A DNA stretch of 64,000 nt from Vulcanimicrobiota bacterium (GTDB taxonomy: Bacteria > Vulcanimicrobiota > Vulcanimicrobiia > Vulcanimicrobiales > Vulcanimicrobiaceae), in NCBI GenBank assembly GCA_963812155.1, contig CAWETW010000002.1:320001-384000 (forward strand). Direction: 5' to 3'. The notes under the pieces were generated by a model, which was given only the letters and a program-made list of their open reading frames with translations, was not told the origin of the DNA and ran no database searches. Each line of letters opens with the position of its first letter. The stretch's first letter is position 1. Positions 30,296-39,296 of this stretch are shown here, in pieces. The position numbers and the translations under genes were made by a program.

Positions 30296-31450
30296 ATGGC
30301 GACGCTCACCCGCCCACAACCGCTCCCTCGTATCAGCGCGGCAGCCTTTCGCCTGCCGATTCTCGACGGCTACCTGCTGCGGGAGATGCTGGGTCCCTTC
30401 ATGTTTGCCTTCGGCGCGTTCTTGCTCTTTTGGGCGTTGAACATCTTTTTTCTCGCCGCCGACTACATCATCAATCAGCACGCGCCGTTCTTCCTCGTCT
30501 TGCGGTTCGTCATCTTCCGCATTCCTCAAGCGATCCCAATGGCGTTCCCGTTCGGCTGTTTGTTTGCAGCGTTGCTGTCGATCGGGCGCGTGATGGGCGA
30601 CAACGAAATCACTGCAATGCGTACGGCCGGCATCGCGGTCTGGCGCATCGCGGTGGCGCCCCTGTCGTTCGGCGTCGCTATGTTTGCGATTTGCTATTCG
30701 ACCAACGAGTGGATCGCGCCACCGTCGGTCGACCTGTCGACGCGGACCTTCTACCAAATTATTTACCATACCGAATCGCTGCCGGTCGAGCCGCAGTTCT
30801 TTCGCAAAGATCAGGATACCGGCAACGTTTTCTACGTCACCCAGGTCGCGCCCGACAACAAGACGATGATCGGGGTGCAGATCTTTAAACCGGCGAAGTA
30901 CGGTACGTGGAACGAAACCCTGCAGGCCAAGCGCGCCACCGTGAAGGGTACGTCGCTGCTGCTGCACGACGTCGTCGACACGCGCTTCAACAACGACGGA
31001 TACATGAGCAGCCAGCAGCACGTCGACGAGATTACGATCGGCCTGCCGATGGGCGAGACGGCCTCGCAGTTCGTCAGCAACGTCAACAACGATCCCTGGA
31101 CGATGAGCAGCAAGTCCCTGCGCACCCAGGTCAACGCCCTGCAGGAACAGGGCATCGGCGGAACGGCGTTGGGAAACCTGCAAATCAATCTCGCCAACAA
31201 GCTCGCATGGCCGTTCGCCTGCATCATCAGCATCCTGCTTGCGGTTCCGCTCGCGCTGCGGTTCGGAAAGCGCGGACGCACCCTCGGCATCGCGCTGGCG
31301 ATCATTTTGTTCTTCGTGTATTATCTCATGATTTCGGCCGCCGCGGCTTTCGGACGTAACGGAGCAATCAATCCATTCCTCGCCGCCTGGCTGCCCAACA
31401 TCATCATGGCTACGGCCGGCGCGACGCTGCTGTGGATGGAAGAGCGCTGA
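30296..31450 (+). CDS. LPS export ABC permease, LptF/LptG family
   Basis: ILDGYLLREMLGPF, DNEITAMRTAGI, a periplasmic domain, KLAWPFAC and AAWLPNII. ATG at 30296. Confidence 0.92.
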   Translation: MATLTRPQPLPRISAAAFRLPILDGYLLREMLGPFMFAFGAFLLFWALNIFFLAADYIINQHAPFFLVLRFVIFRIPQAIPMAFPFGCLFAALLSIGRVMGDNEITAMRTAGIAVWRIAVAPLSFGVAMFAICYSTNEWIAPPSVDLSTRTFYQIIYHTESLPVEPQFFRKDQDTGNVFYVTQVAPDNKTMIGVQIFKPAKYGTWNETLQAKRATVKGTSLLLHDVVDTRFNNDGYMSSQQHVDEITIGLPMGETASQFVSNVNNDPWTMSSKSLRTQVNALQEQGIGGTALGNLQINLANKLAWPFACIISILLAVPLALRFGKRGRTLGIALAIILFFVYYLMISAAAAFGRNGAINPFLAAWLPNIIMATAGATLLWMEER

Positions 31451-31459
31451 CGTAGCGCG

Positions 31460-34009
31460 GTGCCTGTCCGTAACCTGACGCCTCGCGGCTTGGCCGCGCT
31501 CGCGTGTCTCGTGGCGTTTTTCTGCAGCGCGCTTCCGGCGCTCGCCGACTCGGCCGCCCCGACCGACGACGACCGTGCCGCGGCGATGGCCCTGGTGCTT
31601 TTCAGCAAGCAAACTTGCGCGCAGCGCGCCGGCGCGAAAATCCTCGACGACGCGGTCGCACAGGCCACGACGCAGCCCTCGCCGGCGCCGCCGTCTCCGC
31701 CCGAAGGCTCGACGCCGAGTGCGTCGCCGACGCCGCTGTCGACGCCGGGGTTACCCGGACCGCCGCCGGGCGTCGGCAACGGAACCTATCAAATCTACCA
31801 AACGCCCCGGCCCCCGCCGGGCTCGTCTCCGGGTGCGTCGGCGCCGCCGGTTCCGACGCCGACGCCCAGTCCGCAGACGTCGGGCGAACCGATCTTTCTC
31901 ATCCGCGGCGGTGAAACGCCGCCACCACTTACGCCGGCCGGCATCTCGACGCCGGAGCCGACCGCCGAGCCGACCGGCGCCCCGACGCTTTCACCCGGCT
32001 ACGTTGCGGTCATTGCCGATACGGTGACGGGCGGCACGAAGAAGGGCGAACCGGGCGACGCCGTCGGCAACGTGCACATTTATTACCGCGATGAAGAGAT
32101 CGTCGGCGATAAGGCGCACTTCGACGGCGAACGCACCGTGACGATTACCGGCCATCCGTTCCTGATCAATCACACGCACGACTCGATCCTCACCGCGGAC
32201 GAGATTGATTTCGACACGATCGGCGAAACGGCCAAACTGCTCAAGGGCAACGGCGAAACGGCGCAAGGTGTCGAGCGCGGCTTCGTGCACTTTCAAGCCA
32301 ACGATCTGCACACCGACGCCGACGGTTCCGCGCACGGACTTAACCCGAGCGTCACGACCTGCGAAAATCCTCGAGCCGGTTATCACATCACCGGCAAATC
32401 GCTCGACGTGATTCCCGGCGACAAAATCGTCATCAACAAAGCGGTTTTATGGTTGGGAGCCGCCGCGGTGTTCTATCTGCCGAAACTGGTGATTCCGCTG
32501 CGCACCGTCGACGATCAGCGCGCGCGCCCGCAGTTCTTCCCGGAGGTCGGATACGACTCGTACGAGGGCGCCTGGATCAAGATGCACGTGCCGTTCGGCA
32601 AAGACCAATACTACTACGGCTACTACATCGTCAACTATTTCACGAAGCTCGGGCTCGGCATCGGCTATGTCGGATTTTACGCGAGCAAGAAAGGCCGGCG
32701 GACCGTCAGCGTCAACTTGTACGAGCAACAGAATTCCTCCGAAGGAGGGCGCACCTACAACGCCGCGATTCAAGAGCAGGAAAATTTCTCGCAGCATCTG
32801 CGCGGGAACTTTCAGTACACGTATCAATCGAACTTCGGCGCGCTGACGAACATTCCACCAAACGAATCGCTCAGCGGTGCGATCGTGCATCAAGGGCAAA
32901 ACAATTCGCAGAACTATTCGTACACGCACAGCTCGGTCGGGACGCAGTCGAGCAGCAACAGTTATTCGGTCACCGATACGCGCCAGTTCAATCAAAATCT
33001 CGACCAAGCCGTAAGCCTCAACATGTCGAACAGCTCGTCGAATTTCATCGGTGAGTCGTCGTTCAACGCGAGCACCGAGTTCGATTACCTCATGCATTAC
33101 GTCACCGCAGGGGCCGACTACCAACTCGAGTTCGACAAGACGTATTCTCAACAGGGCTTCGGCATCAACAAGATTCCGGAACTGCAAGTCCGGCCGAACG
33201 AAGTCTTCCCGCACTTCTTCATCCCGCTGTCGGCGCAGTTGACGGTGGGCGAATACAGCGAGCCGCCGGCCGACTTTCCGGGGAGCGAAAGCCTGGCGAC
33301 CTGGCGCGGCGATGCCGGTTTGGTGATCGGGCCGGCGCTTGCAAAAATCTGGGGCAGCGACTTCGAGGGCACGATCAACGTCGACCAGTACGCGTACGGA
33401 ACCGGCGATCTCAAAGCCGCCATCGAACAAGACTTCAGTCTCACCACGCCCATCGGTAGGCATTTCGTCAATTCGCTCACCTACAACGAGGCGAACTACA
33501 ATGGGCCGGCGCTCGTGCCGTTTCAATATCTCGATCAACAGCCGACCGACAATACGCACAACGCGCAGGATCTCATCCGGTTTTTCAACGACGACGTCTA
33601 CACGGTTTCGCTGGGTCTTTCGACCAACTTCGACGGCATCGCGCAGCCGGTCAGCTATCAGGTGATGGCGCGTCCTTCGCCGCGTTCGGTCGTGCTCTTG
33701 AGCGGGTCGTTCGTCCCGGGTCCGGGTTTCGGCTTCGAAACGACCAACCTGCAGCTATCCACGCCCTTCGGCCGCGACGCGTCGCTTCAGTTCGTCACCG
33801 ATTTGCAGTGGAAAGGCCCCGAACTGTTTTCCAACAAAGTCATCTACTACACGCGCACGATCGGCAACTGTTACCAAATTCAAGTGCTCTACAGCGAAGC
33901 CTCGCAGTCGGTCAACGTCGGCTTGAGTCTATTGGCATTCCCGAACCAAACGGCGACGTTCAACATCGGCCAGCCGGGGTCGATCGTTCCGAGCACGTTT
34001 AATTTCTAA
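31460..34009 (+). CDS. LptD-like outer-membrane LPS assembly protein with a Pro-rich N-terminal region
   Basis: Signal peptide, P/T/S-rich linker, OstA-like segment (AVGNVHI, TTCENPRAGYHI, FYLP, PEVGYDS) and an aromatic-rich beta-strand C-terminus ending in F. Follows lptF/G. Confidence 0.72.
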   Translation: MPVRNLTPRGLAALACLVAFFCSALPALADSAAPTDDDRAAAMALVLFSKQTCAQRAGAKILDDAVAQATTQPSPAPPSPPEGSTPSASPTPLSTPGLPGPPPGVGNGTYQIYQTPRPPPGSSPGASAPPVPTPTPSPQTSGEPIFLIRGGETPPPLTPAGISTPEPTAEPTGAPTLSPGYVAVIADTVTGGTKKGEPGDAVGNVHIYYRDEEIVGDKAHFDGERTVTITGHPFLINHTHDSILTADEIDFDTIGETAKLLKGNGETAQGVERGFVHFQANDLHTDADGSAHGLNPSVTTCENPRAGYHITGKSLDVIPGDKIVINKAVLWLGAAAVFYLPKLVIPLRTVDDQRARPQFFPEVGYDSYEGAWIKMHVPFGKDQYYYGYYIVNYFTKLGLGIGYVGFYASKKGRRTVSVNLYEQQNSSEGGRTYNAAIQEQENFSQHLRGNFQYTYQSNFGALTNIPPNESLSGAIVHQGQNNSQNYSYTHSSVGTQSSSNSYSVTDTRQFNQNLDQAVSLNMSNSSSNFIGESSFNASTEFDYLMHYVTAGADYQLEFDKTYSQQGFGINKIPELQVRPNEVFPHFFIPLSAQLTVGEYSEPPADFPGSESLATWRGDAGLVIGPALAKIWGSDFEGTINVDQYAYGTGDLKAAIEQDFSLTTPIGRHFVNSLTYNEANYNGPALVPFQYLDQQPTDNTHNAQDLIRFFNDDVYTVSLGLSTNFDGIAQPVSYQVMARPSPRSVVLLSGSFVPGPGFGFETTNLQLSTPFGRDASLQFVTDLQWKGPELFSNKVIYYTRTIGNCYQIQVLYSEASQSVNVGLSLLAFPNQTATFNIGQPGSIVPSTFNF

Positions 34010-34746
34010 GGGCAGGGGCTGGAGCTGGGACCCGGGCTGGGATTATTGGCGATCTCGATGCTGACGATTTGTGCCGCGGGATCGCTCGGCGGGTTGACGT
34101 CTTGCTGCTTGTAGAAGACTTGATCGAAGCAGGTGTTGACGTCGAGTTGCGGAGAGACGAAGGTCGTATCCGTTGGACCGCCCGATCCCATCGAATCGAG
34201 AAAGATCAACTGATTTTGAACGGTCGCTTGCGTCGTGAACGCGTTGAAGAGCCAAATGTGGGAGATCGGCGCCGGACTGGGAGACGGCGACGCATAGCGC
34301 GGAATGAAGAGCGAGCGCTGGAAGGTAATCTGAAACTCGGTGTTCGTCCCGTTGTTGTTCAGGGTGTACTGATACTGCTGCGGTGTCGTTGGGAAGCTGA
34401 AAAACGCCGGGGGGATCGCCGGATTCGAATTTTTGAGGAACTGAATTACGTGGGAATACGTTGCGCCGCCCTGGCCGGCGGCGACCACTCCCGCCGAATA
34501 CGCGTTCCAATTGGTCTGCTGGGCGTTGGTCAGCGGCGTCACGCCGTTTCCGCTGGTGTTGAAGATCGTCCAGTATTGATAGTTGGCGAAGTTGAACGTC
34601 CCCGCGACGTCAAACTTGACGATCATGTAGCCGGGAAGAGCGCCGCCCGCTCCCAAGCCGGGAGGATTCGGCGTGACTTGCCGTCCGCACGCCGCAATGA
34701 TGAACGCCGTTACTAGTACGAAACCGAAGGTCAGTCTGCGAAGCAT
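34006..34746 (-). CDS. Hypothetical lipoprotein
   Basis: MLRRLTFGFVLVTAFIIAAC lipobox signal, then an N/Q/T/F-rich beta-type body with two further Cys near the C-terminus. Confidence 0.75.
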   Translation of the reverse strand: MLRRLTFGFVLVTAFIIAACGRQVTPNPPGLGAGGALPGYMIVKFDVAGTFNFANYQYWTIFNTSGNGVTPLTNAQQTNWNAYSAGVVAAGQGGATYSHVIQFLKNSNPAIPPAFFSFPTTPQQYQYTLNNNGTNTEFQITFQRSLFIPRYASPSPSPAPISHIWLFNAFTTQATVQNQLIFLDSMGSGGPTDTTFVSPQLDVNTCFDQVFYKQQDVNPPSDPAAQIVSIEIANNPSPGPSSSPCP

Positions 34747-36226
34747 GTCGTCCTCGTCGCGCGTGCGCGATGCCGTCGTTGCCGTTTGCTCGGCGGTCGC
34801 GCTGGCTGCGTCATTCCCTAAACTCGGCGCGACTTGGCTGGTTCCCTTCGCAGCCGCCGCTCAGTTTTGGGTGTGGCAAGGCGCGTCGTGGAAGCGCGCC
34901 GCACTGCTCGGTTGGTTTGCCGGAATCGTTTTTTTCGCGATCGGTTACGACTGGATCGGGCACACGGTCGGCGGATACATCGGCGCTTTCGGTCCCTTTC
35001 TGATGCTCGGCCCGGCGCTCGTCGAGGCGCCGTTCTTCGCGCTGGCCGCCGTGCTGGCCGTCGTTGCGTATCGCTACCTGCGCCCCGGCGCGGCACCGCT
35101 GGCGGCGGCAGCCGCGTTTGCATTCTGCGAATGGTTTCGCTCGGTGGGCATCCTCGGCGCGCCCTTCGACCAACTCGGCTACACGCAAGCGGGCACGCCG
35201 CTGCGGGCGATCGGGGCGTATCTCGGATCCTACGGCATCACATTTACGATTTGCATTTTCGGCGCCTATCTGGCCGATGCGCTGCACAGGCGCACGTGGC
35301 GCCCCTTCGCCACGGCCTGCGTCGCCCTCGCCGGCGTTACCGCAATCGCATGGCTGGCGTGGCCGGCGCGGCACCTGCCGGCGCCCACGGTGGAAGTTGC
35401 CGCGATTCAAGGCAATATCGCGCAATCGCTCAAATGGAACGCGTTGAATTTGGCGATCTCCCGTTACACGCTGATGACGCGCGCCGCCGCCGCGCGCAAA
35501 CCGAAGATCGTCGTCTGGCCCGAAACCGTCGTTACGACGACGCTCAATCTCGACGACGCGCTGATGGACCGCTTTTCGAATCTCGCGCGTCAGACGCGCG
35601 CGACGATCGTTGCCGGCAGCCTTCGCCTGCAGGGACGGCGCGCGTACAACTCGCTCTATTTCTTTCAGCCCGACGGCCTGCTGCAGACCTACGACAAGCG
35701 GCAGCTGGTGCCGTTCGCCGAGTCGTTCCCCGGCCGGCCGTTCCTTTCGTGGTTGCCCTACGTCGGCGCGTTGAGCGGACGTTTTTCGACCGGTAAAGAC
35801 GACAACGTGTATCCAACCGCAGCGCACTTGAGCGTCGCGCCGCTGATTTGCTGGGAATCGGCTTTTTCCGATTTGGCTTTCGCGCAGGTGCGCAACGGCG
35901 CGCAGCTGCTCGTGATCAGCACCGACGATGCGTGGTTCGGCACCACGTCGGGACCGTACATGCACGCGCAGATCGCGCAAATGCGCGCGATCGAGAGCGG
36001 CGCCTACGTCGTCCGTGCGGCCGCGACCGGAATCAGCGGCGTCATCGCGCCCGACGGGAGCTGGCAAAACCGCAGCCGCATGGAACAACGCGTCATCGTC
36101 GCAGGAAAGGTGGGGCCGCGCGTGCCGACGCTCTTCGCCATCATCGGGCCGACCGGGGTGGCGCTCCTGATCGTGGATCTCTACGTCGTTCTACTGCTCG
36201 TCGCGCGCCGGAAGACGAATGCTTAA
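34745..36226 (+). CDS. lnt: Apolipoprotein N-acyltransferase
   Basis: N-terminal TMs, IQGNI, VWPET, YDKRQLVPFAE, LICWES, DDAWFG, RAIE and TGISGVI. Start is ATG 34745 or GTG 34763. Confidence 0.95.
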   Translation: MSSSSRVRDAVVAVCSAVALAASFPKLGATWLVPFAAAAQFWVWQGASWKRAALLGWFAGIVFFAIGYDWIGHTVGGYIGAFGPFLMLGPALVEAPFFALAAVLAVVAYRYLRPGAAPLAAAAAFAFCEWFRSVGILGAPFDQLGYTQAGTPLRAIGAYLGSYGITFTICIFGAYLADALHRRTWRPFATACVALAGVTAIAWLAWPARHLPAPTVEVAAIQGNIAQSLKWNALNLAISRYTLMTRAAAARKPKIVVWPETVVTTTLNLDDALMDRFSNLARQTRATIVAGSLRLQGRRAYNSLYFFQPDGLLQTYDKRQLVPFAESFPGRPFLSWLPYVGALSGRFSTGKDDNVYPTAAHLSVAPLICWESAFSDLAFAQVRNGAQLLVISTDDAWFGTTSGPYMHAQIAQMRAIESGAYVVRAAATGISGVIAPDGSWQNRSRMEQRVIVAGKVGPRVPTLFAIIGPTGVALLIVDLYVVLLLVARRKTNA

Positions 36227-36776
36227 GCGCATCCGCTGGAAACGCGTCGCGACCGTCGCGGCGATTCTTTTCGGAGTCTACGTCGTCGTCGAAGTCGTCT
36301 TAGCCGGCTACGGAACGCCGCCGATTCCGCCCTCGTCGGTGAAGATGAACCTGCACGGCGGGCACGTTCAGGCCAATCGCATCACGACCAAATCCTGGAG
36401 CTTCGACTACGACCGGGCGCAGTTATCCCCCGACGGCATGTCCGGCAGCGTCGACGGCGTGCGTAACGGCATCGTCTTCCGCAAAGGGAAGCCGTATTTG
36501 AGGATATCGGCACAGCACATTCAAGTCGACGTCGAGTCGCTGGACTTCACCGCGATCGGTAAAGTGCACGTCGAGCGCATCGACGATCCGCAGCGCCGGG
36601 CGTTCGACACCGACTTGGTGACCTGGACCAACAATGCAAAGCTGTTGCGCATGAGTCACCCGGCTTACGTGCACACCGGCGACCAAACGCTGCGCATCGA
36701 CGGCATCACCGTCGATTTTGCGGCAAATACGATCCATCTCGGCAAGCTGAGCGGCCAAGTCAACATGGTGAAGTAG
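36219..36776 (+). CDS. LptC/LptA-like periplasmic beta-jellyroll protein
   Basis: One N-terminal TM, then repeated beta-strand pattern (WSFDYDRAQL, AIGKVHV, TDLVTW). Context with lptF/G, lptD-like and lnt. Confidence 0.6.
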   Translation: MLKRIRWKRVATVAAILFGVYVVVEVVLAGYGTPPIPPSSVKMNLHGGHVQANRITTKSWSFDYDRAQLSPDGMSGSVDGVRNGIVFRKGKPYLRISAQHIQVDVESLDFTAIGKVHVERIDDPQRRAFDTDLVTWTNNAKLLRMSHPAYVHTGDQTLRIDGITVDFAANTIHLGKLSGQVNMVK

Positions 36777-36784
36777 GCACCGGC

Positions 36785-37087
36785 CTACTCGCGCAGTTTC
36801 TTCTTGGCCTCCGCGATGAGTTTCTTGACCTTTTGGCCGCCCTTGTGTCCGATCTCTTCGTAGAAGTCGGAGCCGTACTTTTCTTTGACGGCTTTGCCAC
36901 CTTTTTGACCGATCGACTCGTAGAACTCGACTCCGTGACGGTCGCGCGTCGCTTTCCCGCCCTTACGGCCTATGTCTTCGTAAAAGGTCGAGCCGTAGCG
37001 ATCGCGCACCGTATCGCCGCCCTTCTTGCCTGCTTCACGCACCGACATTTCGCGCCCGCGGGCGCCTTCTTTGGGTTTGTCAGCCAT
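36785..37087 (-). CDS. KGG-repeat general stress protein (GsiB/YciG-like)
   Basis: MSVREAGKKGG followed by repeated FYE(D/S/E)IG(R/Q/H)KGG units. Confidence 0.9.
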   Translation of the reverse strand: MADKPKEGARGREMSVREAGKKGGDTVRDRYGSTFYEDIGRKGGKATRDRHGVEFYESIGQKGGKAVKEKYGSDFYEEIGHKGGQKVKKLIAEAKKKLRE

Positions 37088-37125
37088 CGGTCCTTACGCG
37101 TCGTGGTTCGCGGTGGGTGGATGAG

Positions 37126-37341
37126 TTACGAGGAGACCTTGCGTTTGGGGCGCTGGCCGCCTTTTTGTCCGATTACTTCGTAAAACGACGGGCCATATTT
37201 GGTTTTCGTCGCCTCGCCGCCCTTGCGGCCGATCTCTTCATAGAATTCCGAGCCGTACTTCGCTTTGACGCGCTCGCCGCCGCGGCGACCGGCTTCGCGT
37301 ACGCTCATGCCTCCAGATTGTCCGGTTTCCTGCGTGGCCAT
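37126..37341 (-). CDS. KGG-repeat general stress protein (paralog)
   Basis: MSVREAGRRGG, FYEEIGRKGG and FYEVIGQKGG. Confidence 0.9.
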   Translation of the reverse strand: MATQETGQSGGMSVREAGRRGGERVKAKYGSEFYEEIGRKGGEATKTKYGPSFYEVIGQKGGQRPKRKVSS

Positions 37342-37447
37342 TTTTCCTCAACCTCACTGTGGGAACGAAAAAGGTGAACAACCGCATTCTATCCCTTCCG
37401 AGCGCTCGGTAAACTTATAAATCTCTCAGGAACGGCGCCCGGCGGTC

Positions 37448-38029
37448 CTAGGCTGCGGCGAGGCGGTCGTAAATGCTGCGAGCGCGTTCCCGCAGCGTGC
37501 CGAGCCCGGCGTCGTTTTCGATCACGTCGTCGGCCCGCGACCGCGCCTCTTCGGGAGCGATCTGCGCCTCCATTCTCGCGCGTGCCCGGCCCTCGTCGAG
37601 CCGATCGCGGGCGAGGATGCGCGCCAGCCGCGCTTCGGGCGGAGCGACGACCACGATCGTGCGGTCGACCAACGCCTCGTACCCCGTTTCGAACAGCAAG
37701 GGCACGACGTGAACGATCAATTGACCGGGGCGCGCCTTGCGCTCGCGCGCGGCGGCCATCCCGCGGATGACCGGGTGCAGGATAGCGTTGAGACGCGCGC
37801 GCGCAACCGGATCGGCAAAGACCACGTCGGCGAGAGCCGCGCGGTCGAGCGCGCCGCGCCGGATCACGTCGGGCCACTCGCGAGCGATGGCCAAGAAGCC
37901 GTCGCCGTTCGGCGCCGCGGCTTCGCGGGCCAGCGCATCGGTGTCGATGACGAGGGCCCCAAACTCCTCAAAGAGCGCTGCAACCTCGCTCTTCCCGGAA
38001 CCGATGCCGCCGGTCAAGCCCACACGCAT
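37448..38029 (-). CDS. coaE: Dephospho-CoA kinase
   Basis: VGLTGGIGSGKS, LDRAALA, LNAILHP, VPLLFE and ADDVIEN. Confidence 0.97.
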   Translation of the reverse strand: MRVGLTGGIGSGKSEVAALFEEFGALVIDTDALAREAAAPNGDGFLAIAREWPDVIRRGALDRAALADVVFADPVARARLNAILHPVIRGMAAARERKARPGQLIVHVVPLLFETGYEALVDRTIVVVAPPEARLARILARDRLDEGRARARMEAQIAPEEARSRADDVIENDAGLGTLRERARSIYDRLAAA

Positions 38030-38039
38030 GGGCCGGCGT

Positions 38040-39252
38040 CTATTGCGGAGGCGGCTCCGGCGACTCCACGGATTCGCCGGACGACGCCGCGGCTTGAGGC
38101 TCCTCGGCCGGCGTTTCCCCGACGTCCGCGGGAATCACGTCGATCTCCGGGACCACGAGCCGGTCGATCTCTTCGGGCGGCACGTCGGCGACGTGCTGGA
38201 TCGACGCGGTGATGCGGCGGGTCGCGTGATTGATCGTCAGCAGCGTGACCTCGATGTCTTGACCCGGACTGTACTGCGCCGCGGCGTCGAACTCGCCCTT
38301 CGGCACCATCGCGAGAATTCCCGGGATGATTTCGACGAGCAGATAGTTCGGCGTGACCTTGACGACTTGCGCGGAGAGTTTGTTCGTTTCGTACAGCTTG
38401 TCGGCGTGCTCGATCCCACGGATCGGGCAGCGCGTGCTTGAGCGAAAGGCTGACCTTCTTCGCTTCCGGATCGAACTTCATGATTTCGACGTGGACGACG
38501 TCGCCGATCTTGACGACCTCGGACGGATGCTTGATGCGCGCGTACGAGAGTTCGCTGTTGTGAATCAGGCCGTCGATGCCGCCGAGGTCGACGAACGCGC
38601 CGAAATCGGCGAGACGCACGACGACGCCTTCGCGAATCTGACCGACTTCGAGCGTGTCCGAGCAGTTCTTGCTTCTTGGCTTGCAGTTCTTCTTCGAGCA
38701 CGAGGCGCTGCGAGAGCACGACGCGATGCCGCTTGTGATCGAGATCGATCACTTTCAGGCGCAGGCGCTGGCCGACGAGTTCGTCGAGATTGCCGACCGG
38801 CTGGCGGCGGATCTGCGATGCCGGAACGAAGCCGCGCATGCCGAGGTCGACGAGAACGCCGCCTTTGACGACTTGCGTGACGGTGGCTTCGATGACTTCG
38901 TCGCGCTCGTGCGCTTCGATGACTTTCTCCCACGTCTTGAGCGCGCGCGCGCGACGCTCGGAAAGGAAGAGCGTTCCGTCCATGTCGTCGATGCGGTGGA
39001 TCATCACTTCGAGCGTGTCGCCGACCTTGAGGAGTCTTTGGGATCGATGGCGAGCGACAGCTCGCGGAACGGGAGGACGCCTTCGGATTTGCCGCCGACG
39101 TCGACGAGCAGTTCGTCTTTGTCTTTTTGAACGATCATGCCGGTGAGGACTTGGCCTTCGTCGAGGACCTTGAGCGACTCTTCGTAGAGCGCTGCTCGAG
39201 TGCGAGTTGGTCTTCCTCGTCGGGTGCGGGGAGCGATTTCAGTCGTAGAGAT
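38040..39252 (-). CDS. rpsA: 30S ribosomal protein S1 (about 4 S1 domains), several apparent frameshifts
   Basis: Fragments in successive frames: LLVDVGGKSEGVLP; LSERRARALKTW, VVKGGVLVDLGMRGFVPASQI; FGAFVDLGGIDGLIHNSELSY...VSLSLKHALPDPW; then an acidic tail. Start uncertain (see findings). Confidence 0.92.
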
Positions 39253-39296
39253 GTTGTGTTTCCTACCTTACATTTCGTATTTTTTATTTGCGAACG

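Noticed and set aside
36785..37341. Periodic repeats of about 66 nt as a CRISPR array
   Set aside because: The repeats are degenerate, in-frame and protein-coding (KGG), with no unique spacers and no cas genes.
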